From: Candidatus Thorarchaeota archaeon
GTDB taxonomy: Archaea > Asgardarchaeota > Thorarchaeia > Thorarchaeales > Thorarchaeaceae
Direction of reading: 5' to 3'
Length of the DNA stretch: 17,332 bases
NCBI GenBank assembly: GCA_038893995.1
Contig: JAWAQK010000050.1
Span: forward strand, 1-17,332
The notes under the pieces are model-generated. The model saw only the letters and a program-made list of their open reading frames with translations. It had not been told where the DNA came from and did not search any database. A program made the translations under genes and the position numbers. This document shows positions 16,222-17,332 of this stretch, in pieces (the stretch's first letter is position 1; every line of letters starts with the position of its first letter).

Positions 16222-16321
16222 AACCAGGTCGCGCCCCCGTGACCCCGGTGTGTGCGGTCAATAATTCGTGATTCCGGATGGCCCTCAACCGGGATCACCG
16301 CGGGCGCATCATCACATCCTG
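16208..16321 (-). ncRNA. Candidate box C/D (K-turn) structured RNA with long internal hairpin
   Basis: Minus strand reads CAGGAT-GTGATGA (box C, 16315-16309) ... ~17-bp GC-rich stem (arms 16307-16288 and 16249-16231) ... CTGA (box D, 16218-16215)-TGTCTTG. The flanks CAGGATG/TGTCTTG can pair with G-U wobbles. Confidence 0.4.
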
Positions 16322-16391
16322 ACAGGGAAACAGTTTGGTGGGAGGGATTGGTCCCTGGACAAGCTACGATCCGAGCAGAGGAGAAGTTGTT

Positions 16392-16772
16392 CTACCTCAT
16401 GGCAATGGAACCCCTGGGTCTGTTCCTGTTATACGCGTCTAGTGACTCCTGCAGCACATTATGAAGCTCAGGGATAGATGCGGGATCCAGGACGCCCCTG
16501 TAGACTCTCCGCATCGTGTTCCCGCTCACTCGGACACCGATGTTTCTCATGTTTCTGCTCTCAAAGAAGCGCTTCAATGACGATGTGATCGGTATGAGTG
16601 CGCCCCCAGGGAGCTTATTCGTCAGCAGTTCCCTACAACAGGAACAGTCAATCACGATAGTGGTGTTTTCAGTGTCGACAAATACCTCGACAGATAGTCT
16701 CCTGTCTGAACCCTTGACGACAGCGGCAAGTGGTCTGTCTAGGCGGAGATCAAAGAGCGCGATCTGCTTCAT
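16392..16772 (-). CDS. Hypothetical protein (~126 aa) with DCSCC motif
   Basis: Likely start MKQIALF at 16772. A TTATAT TATA-like element near 16813-16808 (minus strand) lies inside the longer ORF-track extension. No family recognised. Confidence 0.75.
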   Translation of the reverse strand: MKQIALFDLRLDRPLAAVVKGSDRRLSVEVFVDTENTTIVIDCSCCRELLTNKLPGGALIPITSSLKRFFESRNMRNIGVRVSGNTMRRVYRGVLDPASIPELHNVLQESLDAYNRNRPRGSIAMR

Positions 16773-16889
16773 CTCGGGTCCCTTTGTGTAGGGGATGGTC
16801 AAACATCTCATATAAGAACATCTCAGAGTAATGACCCACAACAGTGCAAGTCACATACTGTTGAAAGTTCATGCGACCCAACTGCTGAG

Positions 16890-17330
16890 TCACTTTGCAA
16901 CTATCACGGTACAAGTGCTCGACATCACCACACGCTCTGCGACGCTGCCGATGCTGGTTCTCCTCCCCCGGACGGATGCTGAGTAACCAATCACAATTAG
17001 GTCCGCCTCTCTATCATGGGCGAGTCGCACGAGCCTGTCGGAGGGATTACCCTTTTCCAGTACCGCTTCGGCAGGTATACCGCGTTCTCTGGCTGCAAGT
17101 AGGTAGCCATTCAGGAGTCTCTGGCCGTTCTCCATGTAGTGTTGAAGTAGTTCTCGGGGATTGGAACTGGACATCAAAGAGATCTGACTAATGAGAGGAG
17201 TTGGAACCACGTGCACGATTATCAATTCAGATTTGGTAAGGATGGCCAGTTCAAAAGCCACCGACGCCGCTCTGGCAGCGCCCTCGCTGCCGTCGACCGC
17301 CAAGACTATTCTCTTGCTGTTGCACAGCAC
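16890..17330 (-). CDS. Universal stress protein (UspA family)
   Basis: RIVLAVDGSE..A, LIIVHVV, GNPSDRLV..A, ADLIVIG, IGSVAERVV..STCTVIVAK. The start lies at the window edge. Confidence 0.95.
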   Translation of the reverse strand: MLCNSKRIVLAVDGSEGAARAASVAFELAILTKSELIIVHVVPTPLISQISLMSSSNPRELLQHYMENGQRLLNGYLLAARERGIPAEAVLEKGNPSDRLVRLAHDREADLIVIGYSASVRGRRTSIGSVAERVVMSSTCTVIVAK

Positions 17331-17332
17331 AA

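Noticed and set aside
16228-16312. Hairpin read as a SECIS element (ATGA...GA flanking the stem) or as tRNA-Sec
   Set aside because: The helix is too long, the quartet register does not fit, and no adjacent gene has an in-frame TGA. No cloverleaf, T-loop or UCA anticodon arm is present.
1-17332. CRISPR arrays, transposases, integrases, tRNA/rRNA and classic defence systems
   Set aside because: No periodic repeats or diagnostic motifs were seen. The AlbA_2 domain is part of a housekeeping-type GTPBP rather than a defence island.

Overview
Gene-dense archaeal chromosomal window (GC-rich, GGAGG/GGAGTGA Shine-Dalgarno sites, BRE/TATA-like promoters). The TPR-longin protein, TFS paralog and archaeal GTPBP suggest an Asgard archaeon, probably Thorarchaeia (inference). 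Contents in order: a membrane-anchored subtilase (5' end probably cut off by the window) whose motifs and domain order resemble eukaryotic Site-1 protease (MBTPS1/SKI-1); a convergent secreted, membrane-anchored S8 protease split by a +1 frameshift at or near a G6 run; a TPR + longin-like protein; an AlbA_2/Schlafen-like domain fused to a GTPBP1-type translational GTPase; two hypothetical genes; a QW-repeat (prenyltransferase/squalene-cyclase fold) protein; a TFS/RpoM paralog with one Zn ribbon; a DUF1015-serC pair; a candidate box C/D (K-turn) RNA; a small hypothetical gene; and a universal stress protein. No tRNA, rRNA, CRISPR array or mobile element was recognised. All family assignments come from reading motifs by eye, not from database searches.
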